Shown here: positions 51,347 through 64,000 of the stretch, piece after piece
Layout: each line of letters begins with the position of its first letter
How positions within the stretch are numbered: position 1 is the stretch's first letter
Assembly: GCA_017499595.2 (NCBI GenBank)
Contig: CM039005.1
Span: 1,488,001-1,552,000 of the forward strand
Direction of reading: 5' to 3'
DNA from: Psilocybe cubensis
Taxonomy: Eukaryota
Length of the DNA: 64,000 bases
Made by a program: the position numbers and the translations under genes
Notes under the pieces: model-generated
Database searches by the model: none
What the model saw: only the letters and a program-made list of their open reading frames with translations
What the model was told of the DNA's origin: nothing

Positions 51347-52114
51347 CTACAGCCAATGCTGATTGCCAACACCGATGCCATCGAAATTTTTCCCGCTCCT
51401 CGTGCGTCGTTCCTGCAGAAGAGGCACAGCATCCAGATTGATGAGTTTATCGGAGGGTGGAGGCGAGCCTTCTACCCAGCCCTTCCAACCTTTCTTCGCT
51501 GCCGCCCGTTTCTTACGCGGACGCGGTGGCGCCGATAAAGTGGTCGACTGCAACTCAACTGCTGTCTCCTCATCGTCATCATGTGGTGTATGCGGCCGTT
51601 TCGACGAGGTGCGGGATGTGCTTGATGAGATGGAGGGACCGGGTGTAGAAGCAGGAGTCGAAGCTAATCGACGCGGGGATAAGGTAGGGGAAGGTGTGAC
51701 CGAGACCGACCGTTGAACGCCAGGTATGAAGATTGTAGGCCGTGCTCTCCAGAAGGACGCGACGGTGTTACTGGCTGCAGCAGGGGGTGGATTCAACGCA
51801 CTGGTGCTGGGATAATTGCCCTCTGCAGTCGCGCGACTATGCTCCTCCGCCAGCTCTTTCTGACGCTGACGCGCAGCAGCCTTCAATTTCCTCTTTTCCT
51901 CCCGCTTCTGCTCCTTCTTCTCAAGCTTCCTCTTCTGGCGCGCCTCCTCGTCTCTCTCTACTTCCTTGTACGGACCAACGCCATTGAGCAGGCTTGTGAG
52001 GACATCTCTGGGAGGCCGGGGATCAAAGGCACCGGCCATAACAGCGGTCGCATTTCGTCTGATATGCTTATTGGGGTGAAGAGACATGTTGTGGCGAGGG
52101 ATAAGGATGGTCAT
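51347..52114 (-). CDS. Hypothetical basic, probably nuclear protein
   Basis: 255 aa ORF with a Lys/Glu coiled coil, NLS-like PRKKR and C-terminal KKGWKGWVEGSPPP..RRTRSGKNF. Confidence 0.75.
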   Translation of the reverse strand: MTILIPRHNMSLHPNKHIRRNATAVMAGAFDPRPPRDVLTSLLNGVGPYKEVERDEEARQKRKLEKKEQKREEKRKLKAAARQRQKELAEEHSRATAEGNYPSTSALNPPPAAASNTVASFWRARPTIFIPGVQRSVSVTPSPTLSPRRLASTPASTPGPSISSSTSRTSSKRPHTPHDDDEETAVELQSTTLSAPPRPRKKRAAAKKGWKGWVEGSPPPSDKLINLDAVPLLQERRTRSGKNFDGIGVGNQHWL

Positions 52115-55100
52115 TGGCCAAGGGAGGTGTTGGGGTTAAAAAGAGGAGGCAAATGGCGGTGGAGTCGTGGTTTGGAAGCAATTGACTTGTTGTACTCTTA
52201 CGGCACAAACGAAGCATCAACAAACAAGTCACACAGCTGCACGTGCCTACAGGAACCCTTCAAGTTTTTCCTGAACGATCGATGAAGATAAATCTAATAT
52301 CAGGATCTATCTCCTTCCAGTCTTCCATTCTCTGAAAGGTATCCAAACCTTTTCCATTTCATCTCCTGTGCACCTTCTAAAGGCCTTTTGTCTGCTAGCA
52401 TCACCTTCATCCCCTGTTACCATTTCCTGCCCTTTTCTGTGCCTCGTTGTTTCCCGACCCATGCAAGGCCACAAGCCGCGGAATCAATCACACTGCAAAC
52501 GGATTCCGGCTAGGATCCTGACCAATTGCGGGGTTGGGCGCCCTCTTTGTTCTCACCCACTTTAATTTAGAACAACCAGTCAGCTGTCCATCTTGGGAAA
52601 GGTTCTCATTTCTTCTCGTAGCTTCCGGTCCTTCACCGTTGTTGAGATCTTCTCCCGGGAGCAGGTACGCAAATCCGTTCCCTTGTATTTACAATTTCAA
52701 AACCGTTGCTGCCTGATTATAACAAAAGTTTGCTTTGTGCCATGGGAAAATCTGCGATGACTACTACACATCGCCTAGTCCGCACAGGCCACCTATACAA
52801 CTTATTGCATATTAGGACATGTCCAAGAAACCCAGGTACACCAGTCAGCGCCGGGTTTCAGCATTGTTGCTGGGATTCCGAGGCCTGTGCTACGGACCTC
52901 GACGGGTTATCTCACATAATTCTATTCACGTATTTTTATCACTGCCACCTTTCCCTGATAATACATACCGATATCATCTACCAATACGATGAACACTAAT
53001 TTTGTGACTGACTGCGAAGGCTATCTAGGACTCCTGATGCAGCGCTAAGTTTTTCAACATGATGATCTGTTTATCAAGACTTCTTGGATAAGGATTCCTG
53101 GGATTCCCGCAGTCGCCGCTTTGCACATTTCCTTTTTTGAACATGGCTTGGTCTCCTCCAACTAATCAAACGCTGAAGTCTCCATATATTCTTCCGAAAT
53201 GTTGACCAACTCAGTGGCCGATGATGAGGTGAGAAGCCATTAATTATCGTCGCTACAGGTGGGAAACCATAGCGAAAGAGCCATTGTGTCGGCACTCAAA
53301 AAGGAAATTAGATTAGATTCCATACCGGAGACTTCTATAGAACATCATAGAATACGAACTGAATGCTACTAACTACAGTAACTCATATCGTGACTACTGG
53401 AAAGGGATGAGCTTTGGGGCGGGCGGTCAACGGCGGTACCTCTTAATTCGAGGCACTAGCCACATACCAATTGCTTGGCAGAATTGCTCACATGCGGGAT
53501 CCGGAACGACTACGCCTGGACAAATACAGATACCACTGCCTTGCGCTTGTCGCGCCTTTAGTTTCTTGAAACGGGTGGGAGAGTGCACAAACTCCACACG
53601 CCTGTCTGCAGGCATTGATTTCTTTTAAAAAAAGTCGTCTTCTATATGACACGAGTCATTGGATATTTCTCCGGGAAGCATGGAGGTATTTGGCAGATTG
53701 GCGCTCAGGTTTTTTCAGAAGCACTCTAAATGCTTAACAATGCATATGATTACTTGTACTCTCAGGCGGTCTGAAGATGTAAAATATCTTAATTTAGATG
53801 CTGAAATTCCTAGTCAACATGAGGCTGATGCAGCCTGCTCCACCGACGAAATATCATTTCGTCGAAAACTATCAACCTTGAATGAGACGCATACGAGACT
53901 AGTAAACCCATCCGTTAATAAGCGTTTGACACCCTAGGAGCGTCCAATATCTAACCACAGTAATTCTTGCGTTGAACAAAGACAATTCCAATAACCTCTT
54001 GTTTTTTTGGGGAGCACGTGGTCCCAGCCAGATATGCGCGAGTACACACACCGTCAATGTGCCGTCTTTTGTCCGGAAGTATTTCATATTTGCCTCGTTT
54101 TCGAAGTCTGGCAACGAACGACAAAGCAAAGACTTTGTAAAGGCCACAAGCAACGTGGTTGCGCATCACTCCTGCTGGTAATCATCTCTTAACCTTGTTC
54201 TTCAAGTTCTCGCTTATTTTCAGGGATGATTTACCAGCTTTGGTCTTTTTCACCTCTAAAAATTGGCCCGAATTGGCTATATAGTAATTTTCGCCTCATT
54301 GAGGAATTATTTCGTTCAAACATCGTTAACCTCGAGGTGTCGACGATGGTGTCCATTGTTACTCGTGAGTCGTGGCCATGCACGAATAATTCTCCCACCA
54401 TCCGCCATGTAAGCCGAGCGGTCACCGGTCCCCAATTGTGCTTCCATTCGAGTCAACAATGGCAGAAAATAACTCTCTTTTGTATGTCGACTCGACACAC
54501 ACAATGAAGCACCTAGTAACTGACTGACTGACTCACACAATTGTATCCATCCTCCCAAGGCAAACTCCCTTTATCCCACCAGCAGGTATGACGCAGCCCA
54601 TTACTAGGAAAAGATACGCGTCGGAGCTAAGCCTGTCTCTTACTCCATTCTGCCACTAGTCACAATCGCGTATCCACTTAGCTGGCCTGGCCGGATCCTG
54701 AGGAATCCCAGGTTCAGACCTCGCCCCAGCATGTCGGCGGAGGGGGGTTGGGGGGTCCGCTGCCAGGCCATGCCTGCCCAGATCTTTGTTTGTACGTGCC
54801 CCCCGTCTGATGGTTACCGCACGCACGGGATGCATACCATGCCAAACATTCGTCCAGTCCAGCCGTAGGCCCATAGTATCGTGCTTAAGCACGATTATCG
54901 CCGTACACGCCCCCACCCACCCACCTGGCCCCCCATAATCCATCCCCTCTACCCCTTCCCGAATCATCAAATCCGAGTCCGAGGCGATGACGGATGGGAG
55001 CCTGGCACACCCTCCCGGAAACGTCCAATCCCAACCCATCCCCCAAAAGCAACACAAAAATACACGCTCAGAGGCATCTCTGGAGCGGGAAGCCGCGATA

Positions 55101-56959
55101 TGGAATCAGAATTGAGATATTGTGTGACAGAGCGTGGTGACGCATTGGCTTGTCAGGAAAGCTGGGCCCCCGGTTTTGGCCCATAAATACGCTTATGAAG
55201 TGTAGAAATGGCATCCTCCCCCGGCCTTAAAAATGGGTGCATAATAGGGGGTGTGCAGGGGTGAACGTAAGGTGGCCATGAGTTACAGGTTTTTCCCACA
55301 AAGATGCGATAGATCTTGGAAGCGCAGAACTCTGCCCGAAAGGGCAATATTGAGAAATGGCCCGTCCGTGCTTGCGCAGGCTGCCACAGAGACATGGGCG
55401 AGCGCGTCTATAATTTAGTAGAGAGTCTGGTGAACATACTTACCGCTGCGCAGGCGGTCTAATGTCTTATCCAGAGCTAAATAGACCATTATTTAAAGCT
55501 AAACCCAATGAGCGAGCGCAAGACTATTTACTAGCTTACTTACCATGCTCCCTACTAACACAAACACAGCCTTAACGCACCACACCCTCTCCAAGCACCT
55601 CAACCACTACACCCACACCCACCTACCTCAACCACCCCATTAAATCTCACCTCCCAACCACCCAAAAAAAAGGCGCATCACAGATTATCTCTAAAATAAA
55701 ATCCCAAAGCCCAACCCAACCCTCAAACATACACCATACACCTCTCCAACAAAGATACACAGGGGAATCACACAGTCCGCTAATCTCCCAGCACAACAAT
55801 CACACTAACAGCCCAACAAACACCCCCTTCCAATCCATCCATCGCGCCAGACAACGGCTCGAAGCGACAGGGCGATGGCGGTGCGGTCGAGATACGACCG
55901 CACCCAGCCCCTTACGCACCTTCCACTGCAACACCATCGCTCGATATTCCGTTTGGAGTGAGGTAGGTAATATGAGGCCGATATGTATTTTGTTCTGGCT
56001 CGACTTTGGAGTCCGCCAGCGATGTATGCACGCTCGTATCGAATATACACTCTTTGGGTACGACTACCCAATTAGGACATCACACTCGGCCCGTTCCCCG
56101 TGCTCACCCCACCGTAACTCATCTCAACGAAGGCACTCGCATTGTATTCATAGAAAGAACGCGGGTTCTTACGGCTCATAATCATCTTGACTTCTCTCAG
56201 ACCAAGAAGGCAAGGAAGTTTACGGAAAAGACATTCCGTTCTTACTTTTTTTTGCTCAGAATTGAAAAAAACCGCTGATCATCCATCGGGTTCCGCAGAA
56301 GAGTCATAGTCATCCTGACATGTGGGTTACATGATCTCGTAGTTAACACTACTAACACACAACATATCTCGTACACCGTACACCATACACCCATCCCGCA
56401 TTACCCCGGTACCCCTCCAACCGACCGCTGCCACTGTACAGCCCACCAGACGAATACGAGGCAAAAAAAACGAGTCACATCGATCCAACTCGAACGGACC
56501 GCACGAGATCGAAGGGATCAGAAATCACTAGTCACTAGTCAAGCTTCAAGCTTCAAGAGTCATAAATCTGCCCGATAACGCGAAACGCGTCCAGAAGAAT
56601 GATGGGTGATCTTGTTTTTTTTTTTTTTCCAAGTGTCGTTTTTGTTCCGTCCGTCCGGCCGTCCGTCTGTCTATCTGTCTGCTACCCGTTGACATTCTTC
56701 TACCCGTCCCATCCTCCAGGGAGGAGACCGTATCACATCATATGATATCAGAAAACCCAGACTAATAAACCCATCCCATAGATGAAAAACAAAATTCCCA
56801 AAAAATAAGATCGCAAGGCGAGGGAAGGGTCCTAGAGTAGAATAGAGTATAGTAGACCCGCTACAACCAGTCAGAACAGCCAGCTTCCAGCCTCAAGATG
56901 ACGTTAAAAGATCCAAATCCAGTAGATCCAGTAAAGGTGTAAAGGTATAGGCCAAGTCT

Positions 56960-56991
56960 CCAGTCGCCAGTCGCCAGTTGCCAGTCGCCAG
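56960..56991. repeat. Heptamer tandem repeat (CCAGTCG)n downstream of the kinase stop codon
   Basis: ccagtcg ccagtcg ccagttg ccagtcg ccag. Confidence 0.7.
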
Positions 56992-57127
56992 CCTAGCAGC
57001 CTCCAAGAACGTAGTTGCCAGAACACAATCCCAGAGAAAGAAAGAAAAATCACACAAGCTCCAAGTCCAAGTCGCCAGCAAAAAACCACCAAGCATCCAC
57101 ACGCCCAAAAAACCCCAGAAAATCAAC

Positions 57128-60100
57128 TCACACACCCATCCTCTGACCCTGCACCTGCACCTGCATCTGCGGCTGTACATGCATCTGCCCATCCGCATAT
57201 GGAGCCGGGGTCATAGGCGGGAGCGCAGGACTAAAGCACGGGTACTGATACGGGTGCTGGTCTCCAGGACTCACTCTCGTCGCAGTACCTCCACCTCCAG
57301 CAACGCCGCGTGACACATTACCACCACCACCACCACCACCGACGACAGCCAAACCCACCGAAGCAGACCGCGCATACTCCTCCTTGAGCCTCTTCCACAC
57401 CGCTCTAAACGTCGACATCGACCCCTTCTCATGCACCAGCGCAATTATACACTGACACCCATGCGGGATCTCGTATCTCCCATTCGCATTGGCATTCACA
57501 CTCGCGCTGGTACTCGCGCTGGTGTTGTGAGAGTTTGAGCTGGAATTGGAGTGGAAATTGAAATTGGCGCCGGAGGGTGACGGCGCGGATATAGGCACCG
57601 ACACCGAGGAGCTATGATAAGACGCCGCGCGCCCAAGGAGCATACTCGCCCGAGCACGGGGGCCCGGTGCAACCGCCGCCCCCACCGCCGCCGTCGTTGT
57701 CGGCGCAGCAGCGACTGGATTTGCACCCATACCCATACCCGCAACCGTACCCGCAACCGTACCACCCACCACAGCACTGCCCGCACCAGGCGGTAACGGC
57801 GTCACCGGCGTCATCGGCGCAGACGACGGCTCCTCCATCGTAGGTGAGAGCATCAGCGCATTTTGATGTGTCGCATACTGCGGTGCCTGCTGCTGTTGCT
57901 GGTGCTGGTGCTGCTGGTGTTGGTGTTGGTATTGGTACTGCTGCTCGCCAGGCGTCCCAACAGGACTACCACCCGCACCACCCGCAACACCCCTAATCTC
58001 AACACGGAACCTAACACTCTTAAGCGTCGTCCCCGTCCCCGGATCAACCACAGACTGGTCAATCCGACATAACAGAATCTCGCTCGTATGTCCCGTATAT
58101 CCTCCATCAACCGCAGATCCCGCTGCACCATCCCCAGACACATGCACATTCCCAGACACATGCCCAGACACAGGCGGCGCACCACCAACACCCACAACAC
58201 CCACACCCATACCCTCCAACACACCTCGCACAACACCCACCGTCCTCCTCAAATCCTGCACCGAATACAACAACCCAGGCCCCGTCCCCCCTCCAAACCC
58301 ATACGCACCAAGATTCGACGACCCGCCCGACCCTTGTTTCCAACTGAACAAACTCGAGAACCAGCCTTTGAACTCGCCTACAACGGGCGAGGCGAGGATC
58401 TTGTGTGCGTGTGTGGTTGTGTGTGGATGGTGCGTGGTGGTATTTGACGTGTGCGGGTGTGAGTGAGAGTGTGCGTGGGTGGTGTTGGAGTTGGTGTGGT
58501 AGGGCATAGGTGAGTGCATTGGTGATGGTGCAGGCGAGGACGCGTAGAACAGCGGAGAAGCGAGTGCTCCACCAAGTGTAGCGCGTCGCGCTGCGTGGTG
58601 ATGTCCATGACCCGTATTAAGAGACGGTAAATCAAGCGGTGGTGCTAGAAAAAATAATAAAAAAGCATAAGAAATAATAATAATAATAACCCAGAAAAAA
58701 AGAGAAAACAAACTCACGTCTCCCTTTCCTCTCAGCCTTTGTTTTCTTCTCCTTTTTCTCCTCTTTCTCTTTCTCCTTCTCTTTATCCCTTTCCTTCTCT
58801 CTCTCTTTTTCCCTCTCCTTTTCCTTCTTCATCTTCACAAGCGCCTGCACATGCTGCGCATACCCCCCTCCTCCTCCCGCCCCATTCCCCCCTCCATTCC
58901 CCCCTCCTCCTTGATTCCCACCCCCACTCACACCCCCTCCCCCTTGATTCACACCCCCACCACCACCACCACCCAAATCCCTCCCATTCCCAATCCCACC
59001 CCCACTCTGCACCCCAATTGCAAGCCCCTGATAACCGCCCACCTTCCGGCCCACCCTCTCCGGATTAGTATCCCCATGCGCTTCAGCAGCACTCACGCTC
59101 ACGTGGCTCCAGCTCTCTTCGCCTTCTTCGTCTTCTTCCTCATCTTCTTCCTCCTGAGCGTGGTGCTCGTGGTGCTCGTGGTTTTTGACGTTGAGGTTGG
59201 CGTTGTGGTTGTGGGCGGGGTCATTGGCGTCGGTATTAGCACTGTGGTTTTTGACGTTTGGATAGTTGGCGCTAGCATCCCCAACAACCACACCCTCCAC
59301 CAAATACCCCTCATAAGGATTATACCCGCCCTCATACACATCCTCATCTCCTAAACCCCCACCATTCCCCTGATTAAGCGGTAAATGCAGTTCAGCGAGT
59401 ACATCTGCCTCATGATACGCAGGCTGAATGACATGTAACGCCTCCTTGTCTTTGTCCTTGTCTTTAACCCTGTCATTGTCCTTGTCATTTTCCTTGTCCG
59501 CGGAGGCTCGTTTCTGTGTCAGAATCTGGTGCGCGCCAGCGTGTGCATGAACATGGGGGTGTGCATGAGTGTGAGTACCAGCGTGCGCATTCTCCTTATC
59601 CGCCTCATCCACCCTCTCCCTACGCTCCCCAACACCAACACCAACACCAGTCATACCCTCCACTACGATCTCCATATCATTCTCATCATGCCCATGCGTA
59701 GCAGGTACAGGCGACGAACCCAACGGAGAACCCAAAGGAGAAGGAGGCGGCGCCTGCGTCACAGCCTGCACAAGCTCATTCACCTTCCGCGCCACATCCT
59801 CCACTGTGCGTTGGAGCTGTGCGTTTTCGGTGCGTGGTGCTGTCAGGAGCGGGAGCGCTTGCGCGTGGGTGTTTGCGTGGGGGTGTGGATGGACGTGAGC
59901 GTGAGGATGAGCGTGGGTCGGGGCTTGTGCGTGGGCTTGTGCATGGACGTGGGCCGGGGCCGGGGATTGTGCATGGACGTGTGGGTGTACAGGGCCATGT
60001 GCATATCCATGTGTATTGGAATTAGAATCTGAACTTGCAGAACCAGCAGCACTCGCATGCCCAGAGTTCCCAGCGCGCGATCTCCCAGAACCCCCCTGCC

Positions 60101-62272
60101 CATGCCCATGTGCATGAGCACGCGCCTGCAACTGCTGCAAATGCTGCGAAAATCCCATCGCGTGCATATGACTCTGTCCTTGTCCCTGTCCTTGTCCATG
60201 TCCACTACCCTGTCCTTGTCCGCTTCCCTGTCCCTGTCCGCTTCCCTGTCCCTGTCCCTGTCCAACCCCACCGCCAGATCCAGACCCAGAACCCGACCCA
60301 GGACCCGAATACGTCCACCCCCTCTTCGGCGCGCCAAACGCGCGCGTACCCTGTGACGATCCCGTGACCGTTCCCATTTTTTGACCAATCACAGCGTTCG
60401 TTCCCACGCCTAGCACATGCGGCTGTGGGACTTGTTGTGTCTGCGTCTGCGTTTGCGGTTGTGTTGGTGGGAGCGAGGATGGGTGCGTCTGCGTTTGCGA
60501 GGGTGCGGGCGGGGCCGACTGAACGAGCACAGGAGGCGCAGGAGTGCGCGGTATCGCGCTCGACGAGACATGGTGCTGCGGATTCGCATTCGCATGGCTG
60601 ACGGTGTGTATATGCAAAGGCAACGATCCGTCCGTAACTGTCCGTCTGCGCGAGGGCGCTGCGTCCGAGGTCGTCGTCGTCGTGCTAGTAGTAGTCGTCG
60701 TAGAAGGATAAGGCGGTGGAGGCGGGGAGAACACAGGGCTCGGAGCAGGTTCATCATCATCTGCAGCAGCATCAGCAGCAGTTGAAGCGGGGATCCTAGG
60801 CGCTTGGACCTCATACTGCCTCAGCCCGCTCTCGAGCTCCCATCCAAGGTTGAAATTAACCTTCGCCATCTCCTCTTCCGCCGTCTCGCCCTGGCCTGAA
60901 AGACCCACACCCAGCGCCAACCCATCCTCCCGCCTCCGCCCACCCGCTTCTTCTCTGTACCTCCCAAGAAGGAAATAAAATGCTTTGGCATGCACACCGC
61001 GTCCCTGGGGCGCACACAGGTCGCGTTTGATGACATCGCCAGCGGGATCCGCGTGCCGCCCCCAAATGATGCGGAGGGACGCAAAGAGCTCGGCGTCGAT
61101 ATGTGCAGGCGAGGGCAGCGGGCGTGCGAGGAGCGAGGGGGACGGTGGCAGCGGCGGGGGGAGGAGGGTGTATGTGAGTGTTGTCTGTGTTTGGTGCTGC
61201 GTTTGGTGGGCGGATGGTGGGTGGGAAGAGGAAGAGGAGAGCGGGCGGGGCGGGGCGGGGCATGTGAATGGGATAGAGGTGTGTGTGAGCAGCCAGGGAT
61301 GTGTGAGGATCTCGGGAATCTGTATTGTGTTAGTAGTTAATAGGAACAAGAGAGACTGAGACTGACGGTAATGCGCTGTTTGACGTCGACGATGAGCATC
61401 TTGCTGAGGAGGTCCTTGGCGAGGGGGTCGATCCAGGTAGGCATGTCGTACTTGCCGCTCTTGACTTTGGCGAGGAGGTTGCGGACGTTCTTGTCGTCGA
61501 AAGGGAGGCGGCCTGTGAGGAGAGCGTAGAGGATAACACCGCAGCTCCAGATGTCCGTCGCGTTTCCCTGGTACTTTTCGCCGTTGACGATCTCTGGGCT
61601 GGCGTAGTGGGGTGAGCCGCAGCTCGTCTCTAGCTGAAGGGCGGGCGGGGCAAAGGCGGCCATGCCCCAGTCGGCGATTTTGATCTGGGGCGGGGCGAGA
61701 GAGGCGATGAGGATGTTCTCTGGCTTGAGGTCGCGGTGGATGATGGAAAATGTATGGGCGTAGTTGAGGCCGTAGACGATCTGGCGAAAGTAGATGAGAG
61801 CCTCGTTGGGGGGTAGTCTGCCGCGGTTGACGAGAAAATCAAAGAGCTCGCCGCCCTCGACGTACTCGAGGACGAGGAAGAGCTCAGTGGGGCCCTCGTA
61901 GACGTCGTATATGCGCATGATGTTGGGGTGGTTCATGAGTTTCATCATGGTGATCTCGCGGTCTATGCCGAGGCGCTGTTTCTCAGACTTTGCAGCGCGG
62001 GTGGCGAGAGACGCGCGGGAGGAGACGAGGGGGGCGACGGGGAGGATTTTGACGGCGGCGAGTTGACCGGTGCGGCGGTGGCGGGCGATCTTGACGCGAC
62101 CTGAGGCGCCCTTGCCGACGCACTCGCCGAGGATCCAGGGGCCGATGGACTTTGGGTCAGTGGGGAGGTCAAAGGCGGCAGCACCGCCTGCAGCGGCCTT
62201 TTCCTTTGCCCAGCGAGTGCCGAGGGGAGCAGTGTACTTGATAGGAGGTGGGCGTGGGGGCGAGTCAGGCAT
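57128..62272 (-). CDS. Hsl1/Gin4/Cdr2 (Nim1-family CAMKL) Ser/Thr kinase with C-terminal KA1-like domain; alternative upstream ATG at 62347
   Basis: VGKGASGRV, AAVK, HRDLKPEN, DWGMA, TSCGSPHYASPE; introns at about 61321-61367 and 58647-58717; KGWFSSLF...VRFRVEI...HEKGSMSTFRAVW. Confidence 0.9.
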
Positions 62273-62421
62273 AGTGGATAGGCTGTGAGCACGACCAGCG
62301 GGCGATGATGGAGTAGGTGTAAGGAAGCCAGAAACAGCCAGCCGCATCTTATCTATGTAGTCGTGTGACGTGACAGGGTATATTCACCGTCACGGATATT
62401 TTGCACTGTCTGCGCAAGTCT

Positions 62422-64000
62422 ATGCTGCACACTGTCCTGCGCTGTGGGCGACGCTCGCTGGTGCGGTGCGAGTCCTCGGTCGCCGCGCGCGACTATCCCA
62501 TCAATGTGATTGAGAGACAGGATTCTCTGCGGAGACTCTGGGCGCTTGTCCACGAAGAGGGCAACATTCCCTCTGCCCAGCGGCTACTCGCAGACATCCT
62601 TGCCTCCTCGGACGGACTGGATGCCTATCGCCACGTCTGCCGCACCATCACCCACAAGCCTCTGCTGCACCAGCTCGCCCTCACTGCTGCACAGAACGGC
62701 CATGCCCGCTATGCCCGCGACGAGGTTCTGCCTCTCCTCGACCCCTCCGTCCGTCCAGAGCTCGACCAGCTGCTCTCAGCCGCAGAGTCCCGTCTCCGCC
62801 CCAGCCCCGTCTTCGAGGACAGCGCTGCAGACTATCCCGCCCCCGCCCCGCCCCGCCCCTCCACCCTCGACATCATCCAGCAGTCTCTCCCCGCCCTCCT
62901 CCCAGATCCCTCCACCGACGACGGCCCTCTCTTCGAAGACGCCGCCACCCCCGTCTTTGCCCCCCTCTCAGAGGCCGCCCATCTCACCAACACCTCCGTC
63001 GGCCTCCTCGACCGCACCCTCCTCTCCGGCCGCTACGAGGACGCCCACGCCCTGCTCGTCGACATGTACGATCTCGGCGTCCCCATCCCCCCGTCCCCCA
63101 AGTACGCCTACGTCGCCCTCGCCCTTCTCCAATCCACAGACCCCACCGCGCCCCTCACTCAACAGCAGTCAGACCGCATCGCCGCCTGGCTCGCCCTCAT
63201 CCCGCCCCTCCACCGCACAACCCGCCAGTCCGCGCCCCAGACCCAAACCGTCCTCTCCCTCCTCGACGCCCACTTCCTCCGCACAGTCGCAAACCCCGAC
63301 ACCCGCACCATCGCCCGCCTCCTCTCCGTCCTCGCCTCCCTCGGCTACATCGACAAATTTCAGCGTCTCGTCGACATCACCGTCCGCTCCCTCTCTCCCA
63401 CTCGCCTCCCCTTCTTTCTCAACGCCATCGACGCCGCCCTTGTCGTCTACACCACCAATGCCGGGTTAGACACAGACAAGCTCCCCCGCGCACGCAGCAT
63501 CTTCCGCAACCGCGTCGTCCGCACACTCGCCCTGGCCCGCCGCGCAGACGAAGCCGTCCCCCTCCTCGTCGATGTCGCACACGGCCTCTGGGTCCTCCAC
63601 AAACCCACCATCAAACTCCTCCACGACGTCGCCGCCCACGACATCTCCCTCGGCCACAAAGACGCCCCCATCCCACGCGTCCTCGAGCTGCTCGACCACG
63701 CCGCGCCAGCCACAACCACCCTCTCCCCCGCTGAACTCGACGCGCTAGAAGAACGCCGCCCCGCGGTGGAAGACGAAGTCGACTTCAACGGCTCCGTCGT
63801 CCTCGCCGCGCGCTACCTCCACGCGATGCTCCTCACCCGCACACGCGTGCCGCACTCCAAGAGCATCGCAGCGTTCATGGAGATGTACATCGCGCAGCAC
63901 GGCCGCACGCGTATCCTACACACCCTCTTCCGCCGCGCGCACCGCGGCTCAGGTCCCATCACCCTCCTCGACGGACCCAACCCCACCGCGAAAAGTAACC
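62422..64000 (+). CDS. Long ORF running off the window end; helical protein, probably mitochondrial and possibly PPR-like
   Basis: MLHTVLRCGRRSLVRCESS... open for more than 520 codons with strong C-ending codon bias; GRYEDAHALLVDMYDLGVPIP resembles a PPR unit; absent from the ORF track because no stop lies in the window. Confidence 0.8.
   Translation, partial: MLHTVLRCGRRSLVRCESSVAARDYPINVIERQDSLRRLWALVHEEGNIPSAQRLLADILASSDGLDAYRHVCRTITHKPLLHQLALTAAQNGHARYARDEVLPLLDPSVRPELDQLLSAAESRLRPSPVFEDSAADYPAPAPPRPSTLDIIQQSLPALLPDPSTDDGPLFEDAATPVFAPLSEAAHLTNTSVGLLDRTLLSGRYEDAHALLVDMYDLGVPIPPSPKYAYVALALLQSTDPTAPLTQQQSDRIAAWLALIPPLHRTTRQSAPQTQTVLSLLDAHFLRTVANPDTRTIARLLSVLASLGYIDKFQRLVDITVRSLSPTRLPFFLNAIDAALVVYTTNAGLDTDKLPRARSIFRNRVVRTLALARRADEAVPLLVDVAHGLWVLHKPTIKLLHDVAAHDISLGHKDAPIPRVLELLDHAAPATTTLSPAELDALEERRPAVEDEVDFNGSVVLAARYLHAMLLTRTRVPHSKSIAAFMEMYIAQHGRTRILHTLFRRAHRGSGPITLLDGPNPTAKSN

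Noticed and set aside
53055-53180. ATGATGA...CTGA pair as a possible C/D snoRNA
   Set aside because: Spacing is long, no rRNA guide was recognised, and there is no host intron
54590-55400. GC-rich segment with weak inverted similarity, possibly a transposon relic
   Set aside because: No definable TIR or TSD by eye
55435-55450. ATACTTACC resembling the U1 snRNA 5' end
   Set aside because: It continues GCT rather than TG, and no U1 stem-loops or Sm site were recognised
62510-63469. 319 aa Ser/Pro-rich ORF
   Set aside because: Alternate frame of the C-ending-codon gene starting at 62422

Overview
Intron-rich fungal genomic DNA (introns of about 50-60 nt, Agaricomycete-type laccase and copper radical oxidase), most consistent with a mushroom-forming basidiomycete; the species cannot be fixed from sequence alone. 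Exon coordinates were read by eye. Genes in order: a ~25-intron ZNFX1-like protein (2x CCCH zinc finger, SF1 RNA helicase, NF-X1 fingers, RING-like, RZ finger); a conserved hypothetical protein; an HsbA-like secreted protein; a small Cys-rich secreted protein; then a ~9 kb repeat-rich patch (15.6-24 kb) with relics of the neighbouring RING gene, a foldback hairpin, two nested MITE pairs, and a membrane-protein pseudogene with a solo LTR inserted at a splice donor. After that come a FYVE-like/RING (RNF34-like) E3, a laccase with a Met axial ligand flanked by decayed direct repeats, a membrane-anchored AA5 copper radical oxidase, an MGRN1/LOG2-like E3, RPL28 (uL15), a candidate intronic C/D snoRNA upstream of RPB11, MTG1, a hypothetical protein, a Hsl1/Gin4-type kinase with large low-complexity expansions, and a long ORF that runs off the window end and is absent from the ORF track.
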